A stretch of 64,000 nt of DNA from Octopus sinensis (taxonomy: Eukaryota), in NCBI RefSeq assembly GCF_006345805.1, contig NC_043002.1:51956001-52020000 (forward strand), written 5' to 3'. Position numbers and translations under genes: made by a program. Position 1 is the stretch's first letter; every line of letters starts with the position of its first letter. This document shows positions 12,232 through 27,573 of the stretch, piece after piece. The notes beneath the pieces are model-generated. The model made no database searches, was not told the origin of the DNA, and saw only the letters and a list, made by a program, of their open reading frames with translations.

Positions 12232-13632
12232 TGCCTAGAACCCTTTTCAGAATCTCCATAATTTCTGGGAGAAATCGGGTAACATGGTGAACTTTGCTAA
12301 AGGTACTCGAAGGGCCATGTGGTCACATTATTATTAAGCCGGGCGGGGGAATAAGTTTACCAGCAACAGCAAAGTACCGGAATATATACCATAAGACATT
12401 CCAACCGACGCTCTAACAATTCAGCCAGTCAACCGACCTTGATTAGTATTTTATTTACCGACTCCGCCCAACTTCAGAAAAAAAAAGAAAAGTATAAAAA
12501 ATTGACTTATCGGGATTTGAACTTGAAATACACAGAACTGGAGTAAATACCTCAGGACATTTCTCCTTATACTAGAGCTACTCTGCCAAATCGACACTCG
12601 AAGTATTTTGAATTAGCAGAGTAGTTCTAATTGAAATGGTCCTAATTTGGAAACATCGGAGTTCTTACTCAACAACCATAATCACAAATTAAATCGCTTT
12701 CGTTAATTTTACACTTTTTTCCTGCTTTCATTGGTTATGGTCATTAAAATTCTGGATTTGTTTCAAATTTCACCAACTCCATGTTAAGTCATTTTCGACG
12801 CTTACAATTTTTTTTACCTCTTCCAAAATCCCCTTTAAAAACTTTTACCAGAGGGCTTGGAGACGTTTAGCAATATGAGGTTCCTTTGGAATGATGCGTA
12901 TTAGAGTAACTGCGTATATCTTTGTGTACATGTGTGTGCAGTCTTAATAAACCAAGGTTGTTCAACCCGGATAGTAAAAGAGAAAAAAGAATTCATGAAG
13001 AATTCTATTATAACTATCCAGCTATTACTTTCTTTTGATTTGAAGGCCTGCTGAAAATGGTCAAGAACGCCAGGGGGCATAAATGAACGCTAATCGTCCA
13101 TTGATTTGCGAAATTAATGACCTCAAGTAGAATAGAATACAACCAAATCACGATGTAGCCAAGTTTGTAATGGAAGGAAATACGCAATCATGCAGGTGTT
13201 GGAACATCAAGCATGAAACATGAAACTCGTTGTATGTTATCCACAAACATAAAAGTTCACCTTAACATTAGATACTCGCTACAAACCAATAACAGATGTC
13301 TTTATATAACTGCGCATGTCATAACGCCTTTGCGTAGTGTTTACTTTAAGGTTTCATTTCGGATTTCCTTACAGACACTTGAAAAGAAGAAAATAGTCTT
13401 TTATTCTTTTACTTGTTTCAGTCATTTAACTGCGGCCATGCTGGAGCAGCACCTTAAAGAGTGTTAGTCGAAGAAATCGATCCCATGACTTATTCTTTGT
13501 AAGCCTATTACTTATTCTATCGGTCTCTTTAGTATTATTATTATTTTTTAAAGATATTTCATTTCCCTTGGTCTAAATGGGTATCTGCAGTAAATGAGTA
13601 TCAACCGATTACTGGTATACCCGCTCTCTCTT

Positions 13633-13684
<52 letters not shown>

Positions 13685-14980
13685 AGCTGTGATATCCCGG
13701 ATGTGTAATAGGTCCAGGCTGAGGGAAGCCGAGAAGGTATTTATGTCAGCTAACAACTACAAAGGTAGCTCGAACAACACGGTACATGGTACCAAGCCAT
13801 TACGCACTGGGCTTGAGAGATGTAAATGACTTGGCGATAAATACAATGCAGTGCTGTTGGCAGTATACGGACCACTGATCCTTCGGCCAATAGTCTTATA
13901 GCTTATCGATTGGGCCAGATAAGATCTACACAAAAGAGATTAACAAGTCAAACTGCTTGAGTGACAACTGGCTGCACATGTGTTGGCAAGCGTTTTTCAT
14001 TTTTCGGTACTCATATCAGAGCCGACTTAATAGCATTATAAGTTCCTGAGCGAATCAGTGCATTAGACCCTATAGCCACATCAAACATAGATTAGAAATG
14101 GGCCCCTAAACCTATGAGGAACCCTGGGCAACTGCCCAGTGTACCCATGTCTTAAGACACCACTGACTTATAAGGAAAATGTTTCAAGTAAACCACAAGA
14201 TATAACAAACAAATCCTTTTTACATTTTACTTTTTCAACTTATTTTTATTTTTGTTTCCAAGTGGGGTGTTTTCACCCGTTTAAAACTAAAGTTTGATAT
14301 TTCAAAATTGTATCCGGAGATGATCATAGATTATCTTAGTCGAAATACATAGCAAATATAATATTGAGTGTCTGGGGTGTGGATTTCACACCAATACATG
14401 CGATTAGATTTAAGGTAGTATCCACGAAACTTGTTATTTGGCTCCTGGTTAGCTCTGATGAAGCAGACCTGTAATCAAAGCATTCTATGACCATTCTTTC
14501 TTATTTTCAGACGGCGTTTCCAGGACTAATTATCCAAAATATCTCCTTCTTTTGAAAGATACAAATAGATTTAAGGGAATTTAGCTATTTCTAGAAAGCT
14601 AGACAGCCACGTGGAAGCCCATCATTGATTCATGGCCCGCTTGATTACATCGGCAAATTGGCAGATTCGTTAGAACAGAGTTGTTAGAACGTCCAATGCC
14701 CTAACATTCCGTCAATTTACCGTACTTCATTCTATCTGACAATGCAATATCCATTTTTTAAATCTTTTACTTGTTTCAATCACTGGACTGCGGTCATACT
14801 GGGGCACCGCCTTGAAGGATTTAACCGAACAGATCGATACTTAATACTTTTTTTTTTTTTTTCTGGCTCTTAATTTATCGGTTTCTTTTGCCGAACCGCT
14901 AATTTACATGGACATAAACAAACCAACATCAGCTGTCAAGCGTTAGAGGTTGACTAACACGAATACACACACACACACAC

Positions 14981-15021
<41 letters not shown>

Positions 15022-16869
15022 CACACACAAAACAAGCTTCCTCTCAGTTTCTGTCTACCAAATTCACTCACTTGTATTTATAATAATACATGCATATGAT
15101 CCTTATTGTTACTTGGATTTACAGAAGAGTGATGGATTGGCAGATTCGGTGGACAGGTCCACAAAACATCATGCAGTATCTAATTATGTATTTTACGTTT
15201 TCAATTCAAATTCTGCCGAGTCGATAGAATCATAACCAATCCCGTACTGGAATCCATCCAAACATTATATTATTCCGTGTTCGCTTTGTACTTACGTCAG
15301 AAATCTCTAATTATTCGTTTGATTAGTTATATATAATATCTTCTAACACCACTTTAGTTTTTATTTGTTTCGTTTCTTTTTAAGCGAAAATTGAAACAAG
15401 AATAGTTCCTATCAAAGCGACACCTCATCCCGCAGCAGAATGATGTCATAGTAATTCAGAAATACATGACTAAAAATCCCTAAATAGATGAATTTGTAAA
15501 CAGAAAGCCATTAGCTTTATCATGAAAAACTTTCAATAGAAACCCGTCATTTTCATTTATAGACCCATTATTTCATTTATTTGTATTTCTGCTTATGGAT
15601 GAGCCGCTGTTTTGAATGCTGATAAATTCTTTCAATTTTTAAGACACATTTTCCCTACTGCAGATCAATCATTTCAGCTGCCGATTCATTGTTCCGATTC
15701 ATCAATTCTTAGCAATAACTTTACGTGTTGATCCATCATTTTAATTGTCGATTCAGTGCTTCGTTTTACTGATCAACTATCTTAATTGCTGATCCACAAT
15801 ATCTAACATTTTGATCAATGAACCATCTCTCAATACACCATTTACGTTGTCAAGTGACCGTATCATTTGTCAGTTTAACGTTTTGCTTGTCAATCTGCCG
15901 TTTGGATGATGAATCCATTTCATGATTATATGGGATTTTACCATACAAAATCTCCGCACAAGCATGATAAGCAATGGCATCGCTTTCTCTCTCTCCCCCT
16001 CTCCCCGACCACAATCTCCCTCCTTCATCTATTTATCAATATAAAGACGACTCGATCAGGGCTAGACTGGGCCTAACCAGATCTATCTACTTGCCCATTT
16101 GTCCAGCGTTCATTGTATTCGCTATCACCTTCTCTCCATTCCCACCAATCTCTCCTACGACTTGCCAGTTAGATTTCAATGATCGGCATTTTGATTTGTT
16201 AATCTCTTTTGTGTAGAGCCTTATCTGGTCCAGTCGATAAGTTATGGGACTATTGACCGAAGGATCGATGGTTCGTATACTGCCAACAGCACTGCATTTT
16301 ATTTATAGCCTAATCATTTATATCTCTCAAGCCCAATGCGTGTACTATGGTGGGTCTACGATGGGTATATATCATAGTAAAAATACTGTATAATTGATTT
16401 CTAACAAAGGCACACGTTCACAAATTTAAAGGATGGGTATCGTTAATTATGTTGTATTAGTTCGTATTTTATTGACTTTGAAATATTGAACTCCAAAAGT
16501 CGATCTTGGTGAGATTCGAAATTAGAACATAAAGATTCGTAATAAATACCACAAGAATTTTGTCTATCACTCTTTTGATTCCTCAATTCACCACCGAATT
16601 ATTGCCTAATTATTAAGTACTTCATTAGCTTACCATATATGCATTATACAAGAGATCTCCTAACCGTATTTCAGCATTCGCTTACATGGCCAGCACCATG
16701 AAAGAAGATTCCACATTATCACGCAAAAGAAATAATAGATAAATTTGAAGAACCGATATAAACTGTATAAATAGGCACAGAAGTAAATTTAATATGAACG
16801 ATATTAAAAGAGAAGCATACAGCCAAGCATTTTTCAAAAGTTGCTGTGAATCATTAATATAATTTATTG

Positions 16870-17094
<225 letters not shown>

Positions 17095-17391
17095 GCTCCG
17101 GTTGGAGCCGAGCAACCGGACATCTTCAGGCATCCAGAAGTATTCTTGAGAAAACCAGCTCCTTACTCTTAATGGGTGATGAAGCAAACCTGTAATCAAA
17201 GCATTCTATGACCATTCTTTCTTATTTTCAGACGGCGTTTCCAGGACTAATTATCCAAAATATATCCTTCTTTTGTAAGATAGAAATAGATTTAAGGGTA
17301 ATTTAGCTACTATTTTTAGATATCTTATGATGGAACGTTGTGGGAGTTGTTGAGTGTTTCAGTAGTCAGAAACTTTCAATTATCAATTTCA

Positions 17392-17670
17392 AAAGGCGGC
17401 AGAAACGTTAGCATGCAGGGCGAAATGCTTAGCAGTATTTCGTCTGCCGCTACGTTCTGAGTTCAAATTCCGCCGAGATCGACTTTGCCTTTCATCCTTT
17501 CGGGTTCGATTAAATAAGTACCAGTTACGCACTGGGGTCGATATAATCGACGTCATCCGTTTGTCTGTCCTTGTTTGTTCTCTCTGTGTTTAGCCCCTTG
17601 TGGGTAGTACAGAAATAGGTATTTCGTCTGCCGCTACGTTCTGGGTTCAAATTCCGCCGAGGTCGATTTT
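17392..17670 (+). mobile_element. SINE family B (B2 tail) followed by a partial second head
   Basis: GGCGGCAGAAACGTTAGC...GGTTCGATTAAATAAGTACCAG...TTTAGCCCCTTGTGGGTAGTACAGAAATA. Confidence 0.8.
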
Positions 17671-18577
17671 GCAGAGGAGGAGAGAGGCCGATGAACAACA
17701 TCAGAGGCAGCAGAATTGATTAAGCAAATCCCAGAGACACCATCAGTACCGGCACCGATTGCACGTCCGAGAACTGCAAAAGAAATCACATCTCCAGTGC
17801 CAATAACTGATGACCAGTGGTTACTTCCTACGGCCACAACTAATAGTACCGTTGTCTTGAGACAATGAGAAAAGGCAGAGAGAAGGAACAAGGGCTGTAA
17901 ACTAAGAAAAAAAAAGACCTAAACAAAAAGCGAATAAAGCACACGAAGATGAGCCCATAACCAACCACATTGGAAGTTATGAAATCCGCAGTGTTTTGTG
18001 TAGCTAACGAGGTCCTGGTGATAACTTTTGACATGCAGAAAGAAAAAGACGAAGTACAGTCTGAGAAGTTTTGACTCCACACGCAACAGACAGCTTATAA
18101 AAACAATTTATTTGTGCAAGGTGAGTTATACAGTAACCTCGAGGAGGAAGCGAATCCTTTCATACCCACCTAGACACCAGAGTTGTGTCCTGGCACCTTA
18201 GGGACAACCAATTCGTGTATCTAGATGTGGAAGATGCGGAGGATAGGAAAGCGAAAATTTAACAAGAGCTGGAGGAGGGGACAAACGAAGGTGACAACTT
18301 CTCGCTTGTGTGTGCGTGGGAAACTCTTAATTATTGCCAGTATTTTTTTTTTAATTATATTATTATAATATTGAGTTTATAAATATTCATTTAATCATTT
18401 TGCGTAATTTATTATTTTTTTGTACATTCCAATACATTTTTCTCTCCCTCGTTATACCTGACATGTCTTTGTAACATTTTTGTAACACATTTCTTTTTTT
18501 CTGTTGTATACATGACTAGGTCTTGATGGCAATAAAACAAAAAATAATAATCAATATCACCATCATCATCATTTCTG

Positions 18578-19885
<1,308 letters not shown>

Positions 19886-19900
19886 CATCTTCTTCTTCTT

Positions 19901-19978
<78 letters not shown>

Positions 19979-20021
19979 GTTATTATTATCATCATCATTA
20001 TCATTATTATTATTATTATTA

Positions 20022-20218
20022 GGGCGGCAAGCTGGCAGAACCGTTGCCACGGCAAGCGATAATGCTTAGCGGCATTTTATCTAAGTTCAGAAATCGCGTG
20101 TTGACTTTGCCTTTCATCTTTTCGGGGTCGATAAAGTAAGTACTAGTTACGCACTGGGGGCGATGTAATCGACTAGCCTCCTCCCACAAAATCTAGGCCT
20201 TGTGCCTATAGTAGAAGG

Positions 20219-20288
<70 letters not shown>

Positions 20289-20493
20289 GGGCATTGAACT
20301 GGCGGAATTGTTAGTACGTCGAGAAAAATGCTTAGTGGCATTTCGTCTGTCTTAACGTTCTGGGTTCGACTTTGCCTTTTATTCTTTCGCGGTCGATATA
20401 TTAAGTACCAGTAAAACACTGGGGTCGATGTAATCGACTAGTCCCCTCCCCCCAAATTTCAGGTCTTTCTCTTTAGTAGAAAGGATTATTATA

Positions 20494-20549
<56 letters not shown>

Positions 20550-21131
20550 GGCTCGAACTGGCAGAACCGTTAGCACACCAAGCATAATGCTAAGCGGTAC
20601 TTCGTCCGCTAAGTTCAAAATTCACTGAGGTTGACTTTGCCTGTCATCCTTTCAGTCGAGCACTGAGGTCGATGTAATCGACTTAGCCCCTCCCTCGAAA
20701 TTGCTGGCCTTGTACCTATAGTAGAAAACTGGCAGAATCGTTAGCACGCCTTGCAAAATGATTAGCGATATTTCTCCCGTCTATCCGTTCTGAGTTAAAA
20801 TTCCACCGAGGTCGACTTCGCCTTTTATCATTTCAGGGTCGATTAATTAAGTACCAGTAAAACACCGGGGTCGATGTAGTCGACTTACCCCTCCCCACAA
20901 AATCCAGAGCTTTTACCTATATTAGAAAACTGGCAGAACCGTTAGCACGCTGGAAGAAATGCTTAGCGGTATTTCGCCCGTCACTACATTCTGAGTTCAA
21001 ATCCGACGATGTCAACTTTGCCTTTCATCCTTTCGGGAGCGATAAATTAAGTACCAGTTGCGTACTGGGGTCGATCTAATCGACTGGCCCCTACCCCAAA
21101 ATTCCAGGCTTCGTGCCTATAGTAGAAAGGA
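20022..21131 (+). mobile_element. Head-to-tail array of five SINE family B (B1 tail) copies
   Basis: Copies at about 20022, 20289, 20549, 20728 and 20929; the first two are followed by (ATT)n, the last three are directly fused. Confidence 0.88.
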
Positions 21132-21166
21132 TTATTATTGTTGTTGTTGTTGTTGTTGTTGTTGTT

Positions 21167-21229
<63 letters not shown>

Positions 21230-21247
21230 GCTGTTGTTGTTGTTGTT

Positions 21248-22279
21248 ATATGTTTGACTTTTGCTTTGTAGTTGTACAAGTTGACTCCAAATTTCACCCA
21301 GACACCTCAAGAGACAAGTTAGAAGTTCAAGTTGGTGTTATGCCTAGGATGTCATATATTTGGTTTGGCACATAGTATCATTCTAGAGAATGTTTAAGAA
21401 AACATAAGAAAATTATAAGTTTGTTTTAAAATTTGAAATTACATAGATAATATTTTACGTAGGATATGGGCAGTTCCCATGAGCACTATCTTTTGAATTT
21501 CTGCCAGTTTGGGGTTTCGTGGTATCTGAGCTAGGTAAGAATCAGCCCCTTTTTCTGTTATTCCTAGGACGCTTATGACAACAGGTATTGTTTTAGTCTT
21601 GAGGTTCCACATTTTGCCAATTTCTATTTCAAGATCTTTATACTTGCTAAGTTTTTGGTAGGTCTTAGCAGATACATTTATGTCGATTGGGACAGTCATA
21701 TCAATGAGGAGGCATTATTTTTGTTTGAAGTCTTTCAATATAATGTCTGGCCTATTCTCATCTTTCTTTCTGTCAATTTGAACGGCGAAGTTCCAGAGGA
21801 GTGAGATGTGGTCATTTTCAAGCACTGGAGGTGGTTTGTGTTCCCACCAGTTTTTATCGTGGGGCAGATCCAGGTTTTTTCAAATTACCCAGTGAATATA
21901 CTGTGCTGCTCTATCATGACTTTTGAGATACTCTGAAGGCGCAAGAAGACTGCATATGGAGACAACATGATCAATGATTTCATTTTGTTGTTTACATACA
22001 CGACATGTTGGGCTACGGCCGTTCTTTAATATGTTGACCTGGTAGTTCCTTGTAGGTAGGCATTGATCTTGAACTGCTATGATAAACCCTTCTGTTTCTA
22101 ATTTTAAGCAAGACGACACTAACCATTGATGGGTAAGGGCTTTGTCAATATCGGCATTATTACCTATCTTTGGATATTTGCCATTGAGAGATTTTTCTTG
22201 CCATTTATCAGTAAGAATATCTAAGGCAGTAGTTTTTGCGCGGGTTTTCATACGCATAGCTTTTTCTGTGCTTGTTTAT

Positions 22280-22280
<1 letters not shown>
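21248..22280 (-). mobile_element. 5'-truncated R4/Dong-like non-LTR retrotransposon
   Basis: CRVCKQQNEIIDHVVSIC (CCHC), NRPDIILKDFKQK*CLLIDMTVP...KLSKYKDL (PD-(D/E)xK-type nuclease) with an in-frame stop. (AAC/AAT)n on both sides. Confidence 0.9.
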
Positions 22281-22318
<38 letters not shown>

Positions 22319-22338
22319 GCTGCTGCTGCTGCTGCTGC

Positions 22339-22399
<61 letters not shown>

Positions 22400-22615
22400 A
22401 AGGCAGCGAGTTGGCAGAATCGTTAGCACACCAGGCAAAATGCTTAATAGCATTTCGTCCTTCCTTATGTTCTGAGTTCAAATTCCACCCAGGTCGATTT
22501 CACCTTTCATCCTTTTGGGGTCGATGAAGTAAGTACCAGTTTAGTACTGGGGGACGATGTAAACGACTTGTTTCCTCCCCAAAATTTTTGACCTTGTGCC
22601 TATAGTAGAAAGGAT
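22400..22615 (+). mobile_element. SINE family B (B1 tail)
   Basis: Full head, core and CCTATAGTAGAAAGGATTATT tail. Confidence 0.85.
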
Positions 22616-22644
22616 TATTATTATCGTCATCATCATCATCATCA

Positions 22645-22708
<64 letters not shown>

Positions 22709-23657
22709 CATTATTATTATTTCTATTTTTGTCTTTCGGATAGTGTTCCTGTTTTTCTTTTCTTTCATAACTAAGCGGATTGTTGTAATCAATCTTAGAG
22801 TTTGGCTATTATATATAATAACTATGTTGTTACGTGTGTTTTTGTCGGTGCATTCGTACGTGCCTGCGTAATAACTGCACACCAAGTAGTTATGCTAATT
22901 TGCAAATATGCAAAGGTCTGTCGTTCGTTTCAGTTTGGTTTATTTTCCTAATGATGTGGGTACTACCCAAGGGAACAATTTCCTTGGATTTAAGGTTGCT
23001 CTGATAAGGTACTATTTTGTAGCCCATTCCCTTCCTGAATTCTTACCACAACGGCTATGACTATTGTATGTATCCAAGCCTCCATATTCTTGTTACGTCT
23101 ATCAATAAATCTATCTGTATTTCACGTGTTTTGTTTTCTGTATAATTTGATTGATATGTTCCTGTCCACAGGACATGACACATCAATCATACTGTACGTT
23201 CTGTTCTAATGATATTTTTTATTTCTTTTTTAATATTTTTTTAACCGTATCCGGTCGATTGACTAAGATCTCCTTGTCAGTGTTCACTTAAAATTATGAT
23301 TATGATTGTTATTACTGACGGCAGTGGTTGTCAGAGTTGGTAGAGCATCTAAAAAAAAAGTATCTTGTGCCTTTAGTTACGGCTCTCATTGTTTCGAGTT
23401 CGAATTTACATCCTTCCGAGATCGATATAATACCGCTCCAGTCAAATAGTGGATGATCGTGCCCAAATTAGAAGCAATTATTGAGGGCAGAATTTTCAAA
23501 GAATGGAGCTAAATAAAAATGCCTTGCGATATTTAGTTACGCCTGAGTTCTAACGTCAAATTTGCTATTTATCCTTCTAGGGGCCGATAAAATAAAAATC
23601 AGTCTAGTTGTGTAGTAGCTGTGATCAACTAACCCCCTCCTTCTAAAATAAGTGGCC

Positions 23658-23697
<40 letters not shown>

Positions 23698-23745
23698 CCA
23701 CCACCACCACCACCATCATCATCATCATCGTCATCATCATCATCA

Positions 23746-23965
23746 TGGCAAGCCGGCAGTATCGTTAACGCGCCGGAGAAAAATAATTAGCAGTATTTCT
23801 TCCCACTTTATATTCTGCGTTCAAATGCCACCGGGGTCGACTTTGAGTTTCATCTTCTCGGCGTCGATAAATTAAGTACCAGTCAAGTACTGGGGTTGAT
23901 TTGATCGAATTGTCCCCTTCCTCTAAAATTTCAAGCCTTATGCCTATTGTAGAAGGGATTATTAT
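23746..23965 (+). mobile_element. SINE family B (B1 tail), diverged
   Basis: Core GGGGTCGACTTTGAGTTTCATC...GTCGATAAATTAAGTACCAG with ATT tail. Confidence 0.8.
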
Positions 23966-24072
23966 TATTAGTATATTCGTTGAAAACTGCTCGAAAGACA
24001 AATTAGTTGAAAGACATATTTGTAGGAAGGAAAATTGGTCGAAGGTAGATGTCTAGAAAAAAAAAATTAACA

Positions 24073-24455
24073 CAGGTGCAGGAGTGGCTGTGTGGTAAGA
24101 AGCTTGCTCCCCAGCCACATATTTCTGGGTTCAGTCCCACTGTGTGGAACTTTGGGCAAGTGTTTTCTATAGCCTCGAGCCAACCAAAGTCTTGTGAGTG
24201 GATTTGGTAGACGGAAGTTGGAAGACCGTCGATGTATGTGTGTGTGTGTGTGTATGTTTCCTTGACCTTCACTTGACAACTGGTGGTGATGTGCTTACGT
24301 TCCTGTAAACTAGCGGTTCGGCATGAGAGTCCGATAAAAAAAAGTACCAGGCTTTAAAAAAACAATACGTACTGGAGTCAATTCGACTAGAAAAAGCTCT
24401 TCCAGTCTGCGTGGACGCAGACTAATAATAAAAAATAAGTAAACGATTAAAAGTA
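24073..24455 (+). mobile_element. SINE family A
   Basis: GGTGCAGGAGTGGCTGTGTGGTAAG head and internal (TG)n. Confidence 0.8.
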
Positions 24456-24891
24456 AAAGATTAAATTGCATCGAAACTGAATATCGACTAATTATTAAAC
24501 ATCCTATTAGTAATTTTGAAGTAAGGATGGAATGTTTTTCAAATGAAATATACTTTCAATTTTTCATGTTGTCAATTTTCATTTCATGGAAAGATAAATA
24601 TAGAAAATATCGAATATTAATCTCGTATAACTTTTTAAAAATTACTTATCATAATTTTATAACGATAAGAACAAATTGATTTTGTTTTGTTTTTTCAAGG
24701 AAATGTATTTTAATTGTTTTATTTTTATGTTTGGGTGTTTAATATGTATATCGTCCGGCAATGTTTTAACTTCTTTGCTTGCAATAATCTATATATTAAT
24801 ACAATGGTATGTTCCTACATACTTTTCATGTTACGCTAAGTAATTCATATAGAGTAAGAAACAGTTGGTAGTTATGGTAGTGGTGGTGGTT

Positions 24892-25220
24892 GCATGGCTC
24901 AGGGGTTAGAGCGTCGAGCTTACGATCGTGAGGTTGTGAGTTCAAATCCCGGATCGGGCTGTGTGTTGTGTTCTTGAGCAAGACACTTTATTTCACGTTG
25001 CTCCAGTTCACTCAGCTGTAGAAATGAGTTGCGACGTCACAGGTGCCAAGCTGTATCGGCCTTTGCCTGTCCCTTGGATAACACTGGTGGCGTGGACAGG
25101 GGAGACCGGTATGCATGGACAACTGCTGGTCTTCCATAAACAACCTTGCCCGGACTTGTGCCTGGGAGGGTAACTTTCTAGGTGCAATTCCACAGTCAGT
25201 CATGACCGAAAGGGGTCTCA
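24892..25220 (+). mobile_element. tRNA-derived SINE, head Y with tail 3
   Basis: GGCTCAGGGG A box, GAGTTCAAATCC B box, TTGAGCAAGACACTTTATTTCACGTTGCTCCAG core. Confidence 0.75.
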
Positions 25221-25479
25221 ACGGTGGTTGCATCGGTGGAAAAGGCACCTTTTTAACGGTGAATGTAGAAAAGATACAGAGAGAGACAGAGACAGACAGA
25301 CAAACAGACAAAGTAGTAAACTATAAAGACTAAAAACATAATAAACAGGGTATGAGTGAGTGAGAAAAAACAGGGAGATGCGAAAATAGTGACGTCAATT
25401 AAGAAATGAAGAGAGAAAATATGGGAGAAAAGAAGAAAATAGATAAATCCCCCCCAAAAAAAACATAAGTATATGATAA

Positions 25480-25692
25480 CTCTTTCTAATAAAGGCACAA
25501 GGCCTGAAATTTTGGGGAAACGGGCTAGTCGATTACATCGACCCCAATGTTTCACTATTACTTCGTTTATCGACCCCGAAAGGATAAAAGGCAAAGTCAA
25601 CCTCGGCGGAATTTGAACTCGGAACTTACAGACGGACGAAATACTGCTGAGCATTTTACCCGGCGTGCTAACGATTCTGCCAGCTCGCCGCC
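25480..25692 (-). mobile_element. SINE family B (B1 tail)
   Basis: Reverse complement of the family B consensus. Confidence 0.85.
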
Positions 25693-26045
25693 CTAACAGA
25701 AGTCATCGTAATAAACACAAGTATAACTGGAAGGTTTTGCAGCCCCGTGGTTTCAGGTTCGGTTTCCATTCCGCGGTACAATGGGCGTTTTCTATTATAG
25801 TTCCGGGCCCAGACGAAAACTGTGGTGTGTGTGTGTGTGTGTGTGTGAATTGCTCGAAATGTGGAGCAGATAAACAGCAGACAACTGATGAAAGGTCGTT
25901 CTTTATGTTACTTGTCTTGTTTTCCATGTTTCTTTCGTTGTTCGCAAAAAAAGGTTTGTCTTCGTATTTCATATTGTTTTTCGTATTTCGGATTTCATGT
26001 TTACGTTTTTTGACGTCTTGTACCCATATATGCATATATATATAT

Positions 26046-26107
<62 letters not shown>

Positions 26108-26818
26108 GTGGTGGTGGTGGTGGTGATGTTTAAACTGAAAGGCCAGTGAATATGAGTGAGAAGAGAAAGAGATAAAACTAGCTCAGAATCGTAATTGAAG
26201 ACGAACTGAAAGAGAGAGACATGGAAAGAAAATCTTTAAGACAGAGTATTATATGAAGTGAGAAGCTTAGTGCCTCATTTGAAAGGATCTTGTGTCCCAG
26301 TGAACTATAGTAAGAAGTTTATAACCTCAATTGGTTTTATAAAATAGAAAAAAAGAATGTTTTTGGAAAGCCTCGATCGGCGGGCGTCGTCTGCATTATC
26401 TCATCAATATCATTATTTTGCTCATCATTCATTTCATTTGTGTTGTTGTCCAGCCCGCATTTGCTTCTATCTATGTAAAGCCTTTATGGCAAATTTGGTG
26501 AAATAGAGAAGCTATATGAAGAGCGAGACTTAAGTAAACATGCGAGAGAAAGAACATACAGTAGAAAGTTGGGAGAATAAAAGTGATACCGAGATGGAGA
26601 AGGAAGAGTGAATACGTAGCGAAGTTTGTGATGTCATAGTGTCTTTCGTTGTCTAATCCTTTCATTATTTCATTACTTCTTCTCTCTCTCGTACTCTTTC
26701 TCTCTCTTGTCCTCATCTGTGTTTGTTTGGAGTATTCTTGAAGTGTATCTTTGCATATAAAATAATTGCATGATTAGTTGAAAGTAGTAGTTCGCTACAC
26801 GTGCAAAATACAATGCTA

Positions 26819-27192
26819 AACAAGAGCCCTCAGAGAGCGCAAACTTCCGCCAAGGCAACACCAACGTCCTCTCAACGATTAGCCAGAGATGATTTTTATA
26901 ATGAGTATATCTGAAATAAACTCGACTGCTCTCAGAAACGAGAATACTAAAATGAACCCGACCACTCTCAAAAATTATGTAAAAAAAAAAAAAAACAGAA
27001 AAAATAATCCAGAATCCTTATCCGGTATCGGATCGACCCCAAAATTTAATCAGCTCGTGCCAGTCACGAGGCCAAACATAGCTGAAAGTGTCATCCGAAT
27101 CCATCCAGCGATTCTTGAAATATCTTGTCCACGGACAAATAAACAAACGCGACTGAAAACAATACCTCCGCCCTAGCGAACGCGTAGGTAAT
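26819..27192 (+). mobile_element. Helentron-associated (HINE/DINE-1-like) non-autonomous element
   Basis: Starts AACAAGAG...GCGCAAACTTCCGCC and ends AAAACAATACCTCCGCC...AGGTAATAA. This is a subterminal repeat plus terminal stem-loop layout with no coding sequence. Confidence 0.55.
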
Positions 27193-27260
27193 AAAGACAT
27201 CTGTGTGTAGATATATGCATATGTGGGTGTGTAAGTGTTTAAAAATAAGTATCAAATTCT

Positions 27261-27573
27261 GGCACTCCGTTGTTTACGATGACGAGGGTTCCAGTCGATC
27301 AGATCAACGGAACAGCCTGCTCGTGAAATTAACGTGCATGTGGCTGAGCACTCCACAGACGCGTGATCCTTAACGTAAGTTTGCAGGAAATTTGAGTGTG
27401 ACCCAAAACGTGACAAGGCTAGCCCTTTGAAATACAGGTACTACTCATTTTTGCCAGCTGAGTGGACTGGAACAACGTGAAATAAAGTGTCTTGCTCAAG
27501 GACACGAGTCACTGGGAACTGAACTCAAGACCTTACGATCATGAGCTGAATACCCTAACCACTAAGCCACGCA
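27261..27573 (-). mobile_element. tRNA-derived SINE, head Y with tail 2
   Basis: Head/core matches 24892-25220; tail matches 32477-32660. Confidence 0.8.

Noticed and set aside
20022-21131. Regularly spaced repeats as a CRISPR-like array
   Set aside because: Units are about 200-bp SINE copies also dispersed through the window; no unique spacers or cas genes
22882-22905. Cluster of octamer-like motifs (ATGCTAATTTGCAAATATGCAAA)
   Set aside because: No perfect ATGCAAAT; short AT-rich motifs cannot be called regulatory without conservation data
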